Assembly (NCBI GenBank): GCA_973895155.1 | Contig: OZ316894.1 | Location: 4,798,944 to 4,862,943 of the forward strand | DNA: 64,000 bases | DNA from: Marsupella aquatica | Taxonomy: Eukaryota > Plantae > Marchantiophyta | Direction of reading: 5' to 3' | In this document: positions 1-13,294 of the stretch, piece by piece | How positions within the stretch are numbered: the first letter of the stretch is position 1 | Layout: every line of letters starts with the position of its first letter | Made by a program: the position numbers and the translations under genes | Notes under the pieces: generated by a model | The model's database searches: none | Told to the model about the DNA's origin: nothing | The model's input: only the letters and a program-made list of their open reading frames with translations

Positions 1-425
1 TTAGTAAAGTAATTTCTGGCCATTAGATCTCCCTGTGTTCCAGGATAACTTTTAGATTCTGGTGAATGGGATCACAAAAACCCTAGCCATTTTTTTGCTA
101 AAAGTAGATAGGACTTTTCAAACAAAGCATCTGGCCAATTGTTATTTGGGGTGGGGGATTCCATAGTGGCACCCAGTGTCATTTGTATGTCATTGGGTCC
201 AAAACAAAAAAATCTTCACCACTCATGGGATCCCTGTGTTTTTTTTTTTGGTTTTTTTTTCAAGGGTAAATGTATGAAACCCCAAAGATACGGACCAATC
301 AGTCACAATATTTGAACACTAGGCTTATGAGTCTCAACTCAAGTGAGCTATCTCATGGCCATGCCTCTCTGGGCACCATTCATGAGATCCAGTTTCCTAT
401 GTAGAGTTTCTATTCTAGTTTCTAT

Positions 426-587
426 TCTTTGGCAGTGTGATATATACTTAATACAGTTTTGGGGCATCTAGTCAAATCACTCTTTGGCACTGTGATATAT
501 ACTCTTACTGTTTTGGGGCATCTAGTCAAATCACTCTTTGGCACTGTGATATATACTCTTACTGTTTTGGGGCATCTAGTCAAATCA
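426..587. repeat. 54-bp tandem repeat, 3 copies
   Basis: Unit TCTTTGGCACTGTGATATATACTCTTACTGTTTTGGGGCATCTAGTCAAATCAC starts at 426, 481 and 535. Confidence 0.95.
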
Positions 588-589
588 AT

Positions 590-778
590 CTTCTATGTAG
601 TTTACTCTGGAGCTCTGCCAAGCTTTTGCGTTTGTGGCATAATAGGGCCTTTCAGCCGCTTAGGCTTGTTGTGTTGTACTTCTTTGGATTGTTTTGCCCC
701 CCTTTATTGAGTTTTTTTCCCTTTAGTATCCCGTCTCCCTGTAAGGCCGGCGCTCTTTGATTTTTTGCACATATATAC
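590..778 (+). mobile_element. Short 3' fragment of a CRE-like non-LTR retrotransposon (last ORF codons plus 3' UTR)
   Basis: CTATGTAGTTTACTCTGGAGCTCTGCCAAGC and CCTTTATTGAGTTTTT...GTCTCCC align with the tails of the copies at 26755-27238 (-) and 49128-49590 (+). Confidence 0.55.
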
Positions 779-1151
779 ACACTACCGTAGTATTTCATTG
801 CAAAAGTGTCTTGTCTACTTTGGCGGCCCCCGCCACAGAAGATTGGCCTCAGCTGTCGCCTCCAATTGGCTCCCAGAGAAGCAGCCGGGGAATGTGCTCC
901 AATCCAAAGCTAGTAAATGGCAATCCAATCAAAGTGGAGATAGAGTCATTTCGGACGGTAGGATTGCTCTTTTGCTACTCACTACGTGCGCAGATGATCA
1001 CTGTTGTAGTTCTCTTGGAATTGCTGTTGGTAAAACAGTTCAATGAAGGATTGCAATTATCTCATGGCCTTCAGAAGTGTGTTAGCAGGATTTTCCAGTT
1101 GCTCTGTTTTTTCGTTTATCCCCTCGTGTAAACTCTTCCTTGACGAGAGAA

Positions 1152-1652
1152 ACTCCATTCTCTTCAATTGATGGGAGATGGATAGAAACTTTGAGGCAGC
1201 TTGTGACCTTCTGTCACGGTTACAAAGTGAAAAAGATTCTAGTGTTCTCGGTCTGAGATTGGTTTGGGACTTGGGACGTAGGTTTCGACATTTCCTTCAA
1301 AGAAATTCCATTCTCTTCACTTGATGGGAGATAGCACAAGAGGTGTGACACAGCTTGTGACCCTCTGTCACGGTTCCAACATGAAAGGGATTCTAGTTTT
1401 CTCCATCTGACATGGGTTTGGGACTTGGGGAAGTCTGTGACCCTTCGCGAAAATTCCGTTCTCTTTCATGAATGGGAGATGGGCACGAAAACTGTGAGGC
1501 ATCTTGTGACCCTCTGTCAGTTTTCTCCATCTGCAATGGGTTCGGGATTTGGGACGCTCTTTCATGAATGGGAGATGGGCACGAAAACTGTGAGGCATCT
1601 TGTGACCCTCTGTCAGTTTTCTCCATCTGCAATGGGTTCGGGATTTGGGACG
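1152..1652. repeat. Degenerate tandem repeat (about 150-bp units, ending in a near-exact 99-bp duplication)
   Basis: Recurring TTCTCTT(C/T)...ATGGGAGAT...CTTGTGACC(C/T)TCTGTCA...TTTGGGAC at about 1155, 1308, 1459 and 1557. Confidence 0.9.
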
Positions 1653-4268
1653 CCCGTGTCGACGAGGCCACAGCGATGGGCAAGGCACTTTATTGTAGAG
1701 TACAATGGAGGTAGCTTGTGAAATTTCCTACCAGGCTGTGAGACACCTAATTTTGTCTCTGCAAGATTTCTAATACAAACATTCCTGTTCCCGCCAACAG
1801 AGAATTACGTGCTATTTTGCGCAGAGAACCCCAGTCGGGGTTTGATGTCTTACTCCGCAATTCCGCATGTGCTGTAGATCTATGGTTACTACGATCCCAC
1901 GTGGATCCGACACAGAACGTTGCAGACTCGCCTACGTTGCAGACTCGCCTACTGGACACTGACTCGGTAGTGAAATTTTTGATCTGGGTAAAGGACATTG
2001 CTGACTTGTGGGGAAAATAATTTATTGACGACCAGGCAGTGATGTTCAGCATGTGGACACGCGGACTGTCTGCAGCTCTACAGTACGAGTGGAAATCTCC
2101 CAAGATTCCCACGAACTCTGTACGATGGTAGTGGATGACTTTCCGACAGACCTTCCGACCGATCAGTACTCCAATGTTCAAGTCGTTAGTTACAATTCCG
2201 GCCGAGTTGCTGTGGAATTCGTGAATTGAAGGGTGGCTCTGCCAAAGGAGAACTTAGCGATGAATGTTCACCCATACAATCGGCGATCTCCAACACAGTG
2301 CATGAGGTTTCTAACAAGCCGTAAGTAATGCTGATGACTGAACTACCACATTGGCACTAGAGTGCTACATCTATCCACTCCAATTGGCAAGGGAATTATG
2401 CAGGCGGGTTTCCAACTGTCTTCGGGATGCGCGTTCAACTTTCTTCTCCCAACTTCCTGAAAGCCCCACTCTGGGAGGGCAAACTGTCCTACATGCCAGG
2501 TTACCGACGAGAACTGTTGGGTCTCACAGTTGTCACAGACTTCCAGACCGCAAAAGCAATGTCATGATACCTGTGAATCGCGAACAGTCCTACATGAAAA
2601 ACTACCGCCCAGAGTTACTGACGGGTATCACATTTTCTAAACCATGACGGCATCAAAGACCGAACGCAATAGCAATGTCATGAGACGTGTGGATCTTTAA
2701 GTGGGACCGTTCAGCAGATAGGGGCCAGCTTTGCAAAGATGGGAAACACAACCTAGGAACTGGGAAGGAATCTTTCTGAGTACCGGATTACTAATGAATT
2801 GCCCGGCATCCTGGGTAGTTTCCAGCTGGAAGAAAAACAAGGATGGAACAGACGTCAGTCCCGGCCTAGCCTTCACATGTGAAAGAAGCCAGTCAGATCC
2901 CGGGTTCATCCAACCAGAACGAAGAGCACGATTTCATTCTCTTTCTCGCCAGGAAAGCCAATCCAGTAGCAGCAAAGTTCCGATCCAGAATTCGGGAAGT
3001 GGCTCTTGTCTATTCAGCACTTGCGTCACTATTGTCCAATGGGCAATACTATATCATATATGTCCGCTTTTCCAGGTCTCCAGTTTCCAGCTCGGGCCTT
3101 CCCCACTACGAAACATTGACTGGTTCAAGATCAAGGCGAAAGCGATGCCCTTCTTCAAATGTAAATTAGTAACAGAAAGAACCAATTGGATACAAAGGAT
3201 TTGCTTGAGATAAAGTTTGCTCCCGAAGTCTCTTTTATCACCGCTTGCATGCTGAGGCATACTAGACTTTTTTTGGAATATAATCTTTAGCTACCTCCAG
3301 AAAGAAGCGCCTGTTCACACCCACAGGTTAGTTGGGAGAGGATAAAACAGAGTGTAAATATACTAGAGGCCGACTACGTCAAAGCACCCATTGTACAGAA
3401 ACAATTATTAACGTAAATGAAGTCGCGATCTACTCACAGAGATCCCACCTTTGCTATAAGGACCTCGCTGGTTATACCGGGCCATAAAATGAAGCCTTTC
3501 TCCTTGGTCCTCTAGCAGTCTCTCCACTTCGTCGGGCCAATTGAGGCCCAACTCTAACAGATTAGAGTACAGACCAATGAAAGTACCATCGCCTTCAGAC
3601 ATTTTATTGATTGATGTTCCTCTCTTTCTACAGAATGATGACAAATGCGAAATAATTGTGGACACCAGGCCTGTTCACGAATGGTGAGCCCGAGGGTGCA
3701 CCATTCTTACTGCAGTTCACGGATCCTTTCAGACACAATCCCCCCCCCCCCCCCCCCGGCCCCCAACAGGAACGGAAGTGCAGAGAGATTCCCCGTCAGA
3801 GTGGAGCCAGTCTATGTTCCACCTTAGATACATCAAACCGTAGATTTGACCGCGAGGACAACCTGTTAATCACTCTTTATGCATGATGAGCTTTACTTGA
3901 TATTGAGGAGAGCTTTCACCCACAAACTCCCCATACCTCAGCAAAGACAGACAGAATGGAATTGGTGTCTACAGAGTCGAAGTGCGGTCCGAACAGCTGT
4001 GCTACTTCAAAGCCACACCGCTGAGTTCTCGATCAATCAAGCAGCAACAATCAAAACGAGACCCGTAAACAGCTCACATAAAAGACATTTGGTAAGCTCT
4101 CCCTGCTGAGGAGTTCGTAATTCCTCTGACATGGTACAAGAGGCAGAATTTAAGAAAGAAAAACAACAACAAGCTCTCCCCATGGGGCCCTTGACATTAA
4201 CTCGAGTAAATGAGAGAAGGGAGACAAAGCTTCTTGTAATGAGCCCCAACTTGCTTTACACAGTACAA

Positions 4269-7200
4269 TTATGAAACCTTGGGGTAACGAGAGCGTCCTC
4301 GTCGCTTTAAAAAGCTTGGGATGTCAACAGTACTACCATTGTTCAGGGGAGGCGGAACTCCAGGAGCCCGTCTTCCCAGGGACACATCACCATCCATGGC
4401 TCGAGTGGATTGCTGCAACACGAACAGCCTCAGAGTTAGGACTCAATGACATGAATCTTCATTAAGACTACTCGCATCACTCCAGTCAAGTTATCCAGTT
4501 ATCTTCGCTAAACTTTCGACGATCAGGTTTTGACTCCAGCTCACAAAACACCGTCCTCATGGCCTGCTAAACTAACAACAAATTCAATCTTATTAAAATC
4601 TCCACAACAATAAAAATGTTGGCCATTCAGAAAACAACGCATTGTATGAAGGACATTCGAGCATCGCTTTCGCGTTCATTATAGTGCCTACGAGAGATGA
4701 TACTAGATTCCTCTTACCAGGAACTGCACACAGCATTAGCGAGAAGATATTCTTCGGTTAAACTATCCGTAGTAAGGAAAATATCACCTTCCATGTGAGA
4801 TACAGGCCAAACAGCTCACCTGAGCAGACCGTAGTTCAGACTCTTCTTGCGCTCGGAAACCCGTTGCAATCAAAGTTATGCTAACCTGCATCGGAAGTAA
4901 AGACAGAGCCTTCGAATTCAGCAGACTTAAGCCGAGAATTTACAAGTACAAAAATGTCCTCAACCAACTTCTCCCACCCAAACCATAACACAACTGCAAA
5001 CTAACAATCACGGTCAAGGTTTACAAAAACACTTACTTGACCAGCATACGATTCATCCACGACGGCTCCAAAAATGAGGTTAGCATTAGGGTCAACCAGA
5101 TCATATATCACCTCTGCGGCAGCATTCACCTACGCAACACGCAAGACACAAACATGACGTGTTACATGTGCCGTGATCGGTCCCGTTGTTCCGATTGAGA
5201 CCCACAACTGATCTGCAGTCTCCCAACCTTTATGATTACGCATAATAGTTCCCTCCTCTTCCAGGCGCATTTGCTGCTATGCATTATATTCTCATTCACA
5301 TCATTACCAATCGGGAAGAGTAGTGGCAGGGAGAAGTGGGCACCTCAAACAGTGTCATGTCGCTGCCACCAGTAATGTTCCAAACGATCCCTGTTGCTCG
5401 CTCAATGCCTACGTCTAGCAGGGGTGACTGGATTGCACTGAGGGCAGCATCTCGTGCCCTAGATTTACCTGTCAAGCAAAATGGTCCTCAGAAAATATCC
5501 GAGATTTGTCGAGTAAGATGGTCCTCCGAAGAAACGCAATACTTATATGTGAACATCCAGCTCGCATTGGAAGACGTAATCACTGAATGAAGCAGCAGTT
5601 CTTTCCCCAAATTATCGATGGAAGAAGCATTTAGAAGTCAAGAAAATATGAGAAGCCAACGACGCCCAGGCTTCGTTTCTGTCTGGCAACATCAAAATCC
5701 CTACTTCCAATTGGAGCGATACGTACAGAAGCGATTTTGAAAGTTTGAGTGACCATAGAAAACACTCAGCATAACGATGAATACTTGGAATACTCGCCTA
5801 CCCGTTGACATTGGAGGCAGTTGATCTTAACTCTGTTGATACCATGATCTGGGAAACAAAACCTGCTACCAAGAGTAACAAAAGGAATTGAGCTGCGAGA
5901 TTACCAGTGGCTGTGGCGATGCCCATCAACGAAGAACCTGCATCAGCCATAATTGCCCGCACGTCCGCAAAATCCACATTGACAAGCCCTGGCACCTGGA
6001 CCAAAACATAGGTTCACCCCGTTCAACCACTACAAAAGCCTTGATACAGGGACAGGAAGCTTACATTGCAAAGCTTATCCTACTTTCGAACCCTCAATAA
6101 GGAAAACCCTGAAGCTCATGTAGTCATTTGAGTGACGGACAATGACAGTGGGCCGGCTACGGTCGAGAATACGCACTGTGATAATATCCGATATGCCCCG
6201 AACGCCCTGTCGGAGGATATCATCAGCCAGGTTAAATGCTTCAGTCACCGGGGTGGAGGCAGACACTGCAGTCAGCAGCTTATCATTAGGAATGATAATC
6301 AGAGTGTCCACAGCATTCCTCAAAGCTGCGATTCCCTCCTGCGCTTGGACAGATCTCCTTCGACCCTCGAACGAGAACGGCGTAGTCACAATCCCAACAG
6401 TCAAAACTCCAAGACTCTTTGCTACACTAGCGATAACTGGAGCTGCGCCACTTCCCGTACCGCCACCCATACCGGCCTGCACGAAGGACGAAAACCCACA
6501 TAGGATATAACTATAGAAGGTCAACATGTCATCACCACACCGAGCAAAAATGGCATAATACTGGACTCCCTTCGCTCCCACCCAAATCCAGTTTCCAACT
6601 TGAAAGGACCAAAAGCCGAAGCTGGGGACGATACGCCACCACACGGTTCCCAAAAGTGTGCAGAATTCTTAGTCCGAGCAGGATTATAGACAATCTCCCC
6701 AGAACAAAGGAGCAGATGGACGGAAACGAGCTTACAGTGACGAAAACCATGTCCGCGCCCCGAACAGCTTCCTCAACGAGAGCTTTACTCTCTTCCGCAG
6801 CGCTCATCCCAATCTCCGGATTGCCGCCGGCCCCGAGTCCGCGAGTCAACTTCTCTCCTATTTGTAGGCGATTTGTAGCTGGGACAGGGGACATAGCCAT
6901 GGCTTGAGCGTCCGTGTTGACAATCCAAAACTCAACACCCTTCATCTCGCTCTGAAGCATGCGATTCACGGCGTTGGAGCCCCCGCCTCCCACACCAATG
7001 ACCTTTATCTTTGCCTCATTGAACGGCTGGACGGGAGGGGATGCCTGCCATGAAGCAGATGGCGAGCTCACTGCTCCGTGAGCTCCGGCTGAGCTTATAC
7101 TTCCATTGGCGGGTCTCGCGTACTGAGAATCGTCCTCCTGCTGCCATTCAACAGACGATTCCGCTCCCCGTTGCGAAGACAATGCAGAAACCTTCCTGTT

Positions 7201-7539
7201 GCTCTCCCAATTCGACCTCTGCGAGGCTCTCAAGGACCAGCGGCCCCCACGGCTACTCATTTTCGTTCTCGCACCCCCTTGTAAAAACGTTCTAGCTGCC
7301 TCCCCACAGCCCAAAGCACCATAACCCTCTTCCCCATTGCCACAATCCCTTAGCCTCCTTGCGCTACAATCGGCCACTAATCCATCCTTAACGCCACTCC
7401 CAAATCTTCGAAGTCCCAGGACCGATGAAGCGCAGCAGCTCACAGCACTCGTCACAACACCGCAACTGGAGGTCGCCGCAGTACCACAAATCCCCCCTCC
7501 TCCCACAGCCACTACCTCCATCAGGCTATTCACCACCAT
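4269..7539 (-). CDS. FtsZ2: Plastid division protein FtsZ2 (tubulin-like GTPase), 7 exons, about 540 aa
   Basis: Exons (minus) 7539-6736, 6476-6177, 5995-5905, 5468-5344, 5129-5037, 4885-4820, 4412-4269; all introns GT-AG and frame-consistent (1623 nt). Motifs: [31 protein letters not shown], tubulin signature [11 protein letters not shown]7 loop [34 protein letters not shown], and the FtsZ2-type C-terminal peptide [19 protein letters not shown]. Ser/Arg/Gly-rich transit-like N-terminus; the start could be ATG 7539 or ATG 7521. Confidence 0.95.
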
Positions 7540-10500
7540 TACTCCCGCTCTGTTGAACGCGATGCCGTCGGTCTCTTCTCCCCACGGACTTCAACCCACA
7601 CTCTTGCGCCACTGCATCTCCACTCCTCTCCCCTCCTCTCCTCCTCCTCTCCTTGCCACCTTGCTCCTCCAGGGAGACCCCACCTGTGTGCTCCCCCTCG
7701 TCTCTCAACCGAATCGACAACCCTCTCCTGCCCCTCTCTCTTCGCTTTGCTTTGCTTTGCTTTCCTTTCCTTTCTCCTCACAAGCCCCTCACCCCCATCC
7801 GTAATCGAATCCAAGAAGAAGAACGAGGACAGCCACGTAAAACAAATGCGAGGCACACGAGCCTCTTCCGCACCACCTCCTTCCAGCAAGAAATAAATGT
7901 CCCCGAACACTCCCTTCACATGACACTCCTGCTGCCGCAAGCGCACAGATCAGCAGCCGGCGCAATGCATGGAGAGGTGGATGGATTCTTCCTCTAGCAG
8001 TGCAGTGGTGTGGCGTAGCTACTACAGGAATCAGCTTTCAGAGGAGGGCTCGTCTAAATTTCACCGTGCGTTGTCATGTATGGCGCATTTCTGAGAGCCA
8101 TTTCCTCGTGAGCAGCAGCCACGGGGACAAAACGAAACCCTGCGTTCCTGTCGCAACACAAAACCTCTGGAAAGGGGAGTGAAAGGGAAGGGAAGGGAAG
8201 GACGGAGAGTGTGGGAAGAGAGCGTTTCCTGGGCAACATGGCGACAAATCAGGGCTTCTCTTTGCCAATGGGGATCTCCTGGCCAGGGAAACGAATAGGA
8301 TAACCAATAATTGTCTGAGCTGGGGTTGGTTACTAGGCTGTGATTCTGGGTCCAGAATGTGAGAATGGTGGCAGCTAAGAAAGCTTTTTCCAGCATCCTT
8401 CTGGGTCCATAGTGTGAGAATGAAGTGGCAGCTAGAAAGCATTTTGGAAATATTGAGGTAGCAGGGCTGGAGACTAGAACCCTGCCCAGACCTTGGTTAT
8501 CATACTTAAATCTTGTCCGGGAAAAGGTTATCCGGCATTATCTTTTGGGGTGTATTTTGGGGCACCAGATTATGAGAATAGGAGAGTGGAGTAGAAGGGC
8601 TGTATATTGTGGGGTATATTTTGGGGCACCAAATTATGAGAATAGGAGGTGGACTAGAAATGGTTACCCATACATAACCTTTGTTCCAAACGAGATTTAT
8701 GAAGGGAGCAAGGGGCAAGGGATTAGCATGGTCAGGCTGGGAAAAGGCAGGGGAGTGTTTTGTTAAGGGGGCTTTATAAGGAAAAGATTAGAAGGACCAA
8801 TTTACTAAAAGGGCCAAACACAGTACAATGGAGTAAAACCAGCCTATCCTTCAGGGTTTGCTTTATAGAATGAGAGGACAAAAATTGACCAGTCACTACT
8901 TGCGTTTTAACATATACCTGATCCACTGATCTATCAGAAAAGGTCAGGTGCTCATGTAGTGCATTTACCCTACATCAAGTTTACACATGCATTGCAAGAG
9001 AAAGTTTATTTTCCTTTTCCAAACTACAGAGAAACACTGTAAATAAATTTCTCTTGAATTCTTTACTCTAAAAATAATGTAAACACTCATTAATAAGTGT
9101 TTTACAAGAAAATGCCTAGAATAGTCCTCAAATACAAATTTAAAGCTGTACATAGTGTCACAAACATTAACTATGTATTTGTCCAAGGGACTGAGATTAT
9201 TAGTTTGATTCCCTTAAACAGCTAATATCCCTGTAGCTTCAAACGTTCAGAGTGTCAGTGTCCCTGGACCAAGCTCTTGCAACAAAATTTATTGGGGTTT
9301 GAGTGCAACTGCAGATGAGTACCCCACCAGATGTTCTGAAAAATCAACAATCTTACTTGTAGAGCACCACAGAAGCTAAAGATGGGGTCTAGACTTATAG
9401 CGAGAAACCTCTAGACGGAAACTCTAGATAAAGACAAACTGAGTGAATACCAAAAGCACAGATGGGGACAAAGATGAAAGGTTTGTAAGGGTTTTTTGGT
9501 CTTATCTCTATTAACATTCAGAGAATGGGCATTCAGGCTCGTATCTCAAGAGGAGTAAAGGGATAACCAAGCACATATATGAGAACCACAAGCTTCCACA
9601 AAGAACAGCCCTTGTTTTGTTACCTCCAGTTACATTATTACAAATTAAAGTATTTGATTTTTCCAAGCTACTTTCTTGGTTGCAACTTTGTGATTGGAAA
9701 ATGCACGTTGTTGGTGACAAACCGTCCTTATAAAGATGCAAGCTTCTGGGATTCTTTTGAAAACCATTGCTTCTTAGGATTCCTGGCTATCAAAACCACT
9801 GGCTACTGTTTCATTTCCATATGCGTCAACACCCAAAAATGTCAAAGTGAGAGTGAGAGATGTGACCTTGATTTTTGATAATTCCCATCAATTCCAAACT
9901 TGACAATTCAATCCACTGATTAACATAGGTTGTTAAACTCATAAGCTGTCAATCACCCACATTAGCAAAGTTCCATGGCCTCTTTTAACTTTCCTCAAGT
10001 ATTCTTTTGGTGGTCAGCTTTTTTCTCTTGGTGATGTTGCCAAGTTGGAAAATCTCCACTAGGCTGACCTTGCTGAATTACTTTTTAGCTGGACGGCCTT
10101 GCCAAGTGAAAAGTTGTATGGAAAAATTCATTTGGCTAACCTTGTTGAGTCACTTTTTCAATGTGACAGCCCTGCTTCATCATGTCGATGGCCTTGCTGA
10201 GTAGGAAAGTTTCACACTCAAACTGTACAACTGATGGGAGCTAGTGACACCTGAGAGTGATGACTAGTAACTGATGGGTTTGCCACTCTTACTAACATTA
10301 TTTTGTCCAATCTTCGAAAGTTGAAAGTTTTTGATTCCCAGGTTAGTACTCCAATCCATATATAATGGCAAACATTCCTTAGTACAAAGCAAGCTCTGAT
10401 GGAAGTATCCATTAGAGCATCTCAGAGTCAGGTTTGGCAGTCACCATCGGCCCCCATAAGGTGTTAAAGTACATCTGTAACACTTCTCTCCTGCCATTTT

Positions 10501-10591
10501 AGACAGTTCATACTTTTTCTATGGGCTGACATACTTTTTCCTTGGGGGAGGGGTCACTTTTGAACTAGTTTTGAGTTGCCCTATTTGGGAG

Positions 10592-10697
10592 TCTCAAAGC
10601 TTCATAGTTATGGATGATGAGGGAATCTCAAAGCTTCATAGTTGTGGATGATGAGGTAATCTCAAAGCTTCGGATGATAAGGGAATCTCAAAGCTTT
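10592..10697. repeat. About 34-bp degenerate tandem repeat, 3-4 copies
   Basis: TCTCAAAGCTT(CATAGTT)...GGATGAT(G/A)AGG repeated. Confidence 0.8.
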
Positions 10698-11984
10698 TTG
10701 GCTATAAAGAAATGACCATAACTTTTTCACAGGTTGTGCAAAAGTTTTTTTTGTAGTTTTCACTAGCCTCTAGAGTGACTTATGGTCATGACATTAATAG
10801 GATTTTGATAGTCCATAACTTTTTCTCTCCTCCGTCCAACTTTGAGGTTTGAAATTTGAAATCCCTTTTCGTCTCGTAAAGAGCCAAGTGGAGACAGCAG
10901 AGCTACCGAAATGTAGCTCGTTACTCGGAAGTAGCCTTTTGGGGGTCTTTCTTGTCTTCCTTTTTTTGACATTGAGTTTGCACACCTTCCTATACTTCTA
11001 AGTACAATATAGGCAGACTCGAGATCGAATCGAAGTAACGATATAATAACTCTCAAACTTGAGCTCTAGCGGAACGAATCAAGCCAGAAGTATACAATTA
11101 CCGTCGAATTGCTCAAGTAGCAACAGTAGCCTGAGACGATTTCGGTAATTATGAACCGAGGTGCATGCGATGGCGGGAGAGTTGTATGTACTGCCTAATT
11201 AATGCAAGCCTCGATCGGACGCTAGCCTGAAAGGAAGAGAGGATTCGCAATTCCCATCAGCTTGTTTGGCAAAAAATAATTGAAAGTCACATGAATGTGC
11301 GTTGAAAATTAAACAATGAGGGCAATGTGCACGGATCGTCAGCCGTCCCTTCACATCTCTCTGCCGAGAAACGGAAGCTCACAGGAGCATTAATCGCCCA
11401 TGACATCGAAACGTAGAGAACATTTCTGTCAGTAATCAACAGGTGTATCAGACGATACCAGTGTGTCGATCCATGGTCCAAGATTGTTCGATAGATTGCT
11501 TCGAGAATTTCATGTCGGTCGAGCGATCACAAGTCTTCCAAATCTTAATGAACTATCTATACACTGAGCGGACAAACACTGAAAGCTCTCGTTGCTAACG
11601 TGAAGTGATCCCAACGACAGGGTAGGTAACATGGGGATGTAAGTCAGCTCGCAAACATGCGATTCGTCTTTGGATTCCAAATATTGCAAAAGTCCCCAGG
11701 TCCAAAAACAGTGGAAACACCGCCAAACACTGGGTATCTATTCAAGGAAACAGATTGCCTACCGAGAGACACAATCGAGTTAGTTCCAGGTATTCCTATT
11801 CTCCTTGTACAAACACGTCCCATTCTTGAAAATGTGCCTATAGAACAGAGTAGGGGCATGACAAAATCTGCTAGGCGACGCATTCAGGGACGAGGAACAG
11901 AGAGCGGCCCACAATTTGGTTCACCTGTGACTCATTGCAAATGCATTCATCAAATAGATCGTCCTGTTGGATACCGACTAAGTA

Positions 11985-12405
11985 CGTACTCACTTCTCCG
12001 CCCGCTTCTTCTTCCTCGTCAGCTGCCGCTTGCCCTCCTCCTGCGCTTCAAACTCCTCAGGTGACTTCACTGATTTACAGCCCCACTCGTCCATTCAATT
12101 CCTGGCCTCGCATTCATGTAGCCCTTGCTGGTGATCTCCTTGTGAAACTCCTCCAGTCCGGTTCTGAACCTTGCATAGAACGTTGAGCCGGGGAAGCGTC
12201 GTCATGGTGCTCAGTGAGAAGGAACACCATGTTGTCGCCTCTAGAAACCTGCATAAGTCCAATGTGTATTCCCAATCGATGTTGAATCCAATAAAACCCA
12301 CGTAGGATTCTTTGGCCTTCCCCACAAGATGTTGAACCACACTCTCGACCTCCATTAGAATTGATGGAATGAACTGTACGCATGAAATGGATTCGTCCTT
12401 TTAAG
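11985..12405 (-). pseudogene. Frameshifted remnant of a WRN/WEX-type DEDDy 3'-5' exonuclease
   Basis: Joining frames gives LKGRIHFMRTV..EVESVVQHLVGKAKESYVGFIGFNIDWE..IGLMQVSRGDNMVFLL, which resembles the GRI.YS.T..EV...FVG.DIEW...VA..Q pattern of plant WEX. The exo I D-x-E reads N-x-D. Two frameshifts, an in-frame stop further on, and a GTGAGT donor near 11990. Confidence 0.5.
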
Positions 12406-12966
12406 GAAGTGTGTACCGGAACATGCGTACGGAACTTAGAATTACATTGTCACACAAATGAGCAAAATGGTTTGGGGAGGAAATTTTGTGCTATAGAACT
12501 TTCAATTAGTGAGAGCACATCTAACGAACACATAATTTAATCCGGTTTTCTGTGTCTGTAGGGGAAATGCAGAGTTACGATAGACCAACATGGCACACCT
12601 GTCTAGAACATGGGGTATGCTTTTAGACCAATATCTTGAGAGATGATTTTTACACCAATTCTGGAGATTGTGATTTCTCTTAACTTGGTTCCAAGGCTAG
12701 AGAGTAGTTGCAAGGTGGGTCTGCAAAACATAAAGTTGGGTCTAATTGGTTTTAAAAATTTGATTGGCAGAGAGAAGCCTCGGGCCACCCTCATGGTCCT
12801 AGTCCCTATGTAACCAAGGGTAGAGCATATTTTACAATTGGATTGGCAAGGAGAAACCTTGGGTCGCCATGAATTGAGCAAAACCTCATACCAATTGTAA
12901 TGCATGATCTAGTTTGTGAGGTGTGCCTGCTTTTTAGAAAGGTACAAAAACAAAGCTCCTGTGTTA

Positions 12967-13294
12967 GGGCTAGGTTCCATGGGGCTGGGAGTAAGGAGTA
13001 TGGATACTGTCAGAAATTTTACGCCAATAAGATTGCAGCTTTTCCAGGGATTGAGGGGTGTACAAATACTCTATCAGGGAGTACGATTTTCCTTCACACT
13101 CCGTCTTAAATTTCAGGGGTACCCCCTGCCCTGCCCCTGTATAGGAACAATACAGGGCATTCTCATTGGCTCCTAAGTCAAAACTCATACATTTAAAATA
13201 CTGTGTAAACTCCTTGGCATACGGTGTATTTGGGCCCAGGGGGTGTCAGAGGGAGTGATCGTACTCCCTGCCCCTGGCCTATGGAACCTGGCCC
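12967..13294. mobile_element. PIF/Harbinger (Tourist-like) MITE, 328 bp
   Basis: TIRs GGGCTAGGTTCCAT... and ...ATGGAACCTGGCCC with imperfect similarity over about 35 bp; TTA target-site duplication at 12964-12966 and 13295-13297. Confidence 0.8.

Noticed and set aside
4269-7539. Bacterial ftsZ, contamination or recent HGT
   Set aside because: It has six spliceosomal introns, a transit-peptide-like N-terminus and the plant FtsZ2 C-terminus, so it is the ordinary nuclear-encoded plastid gene.
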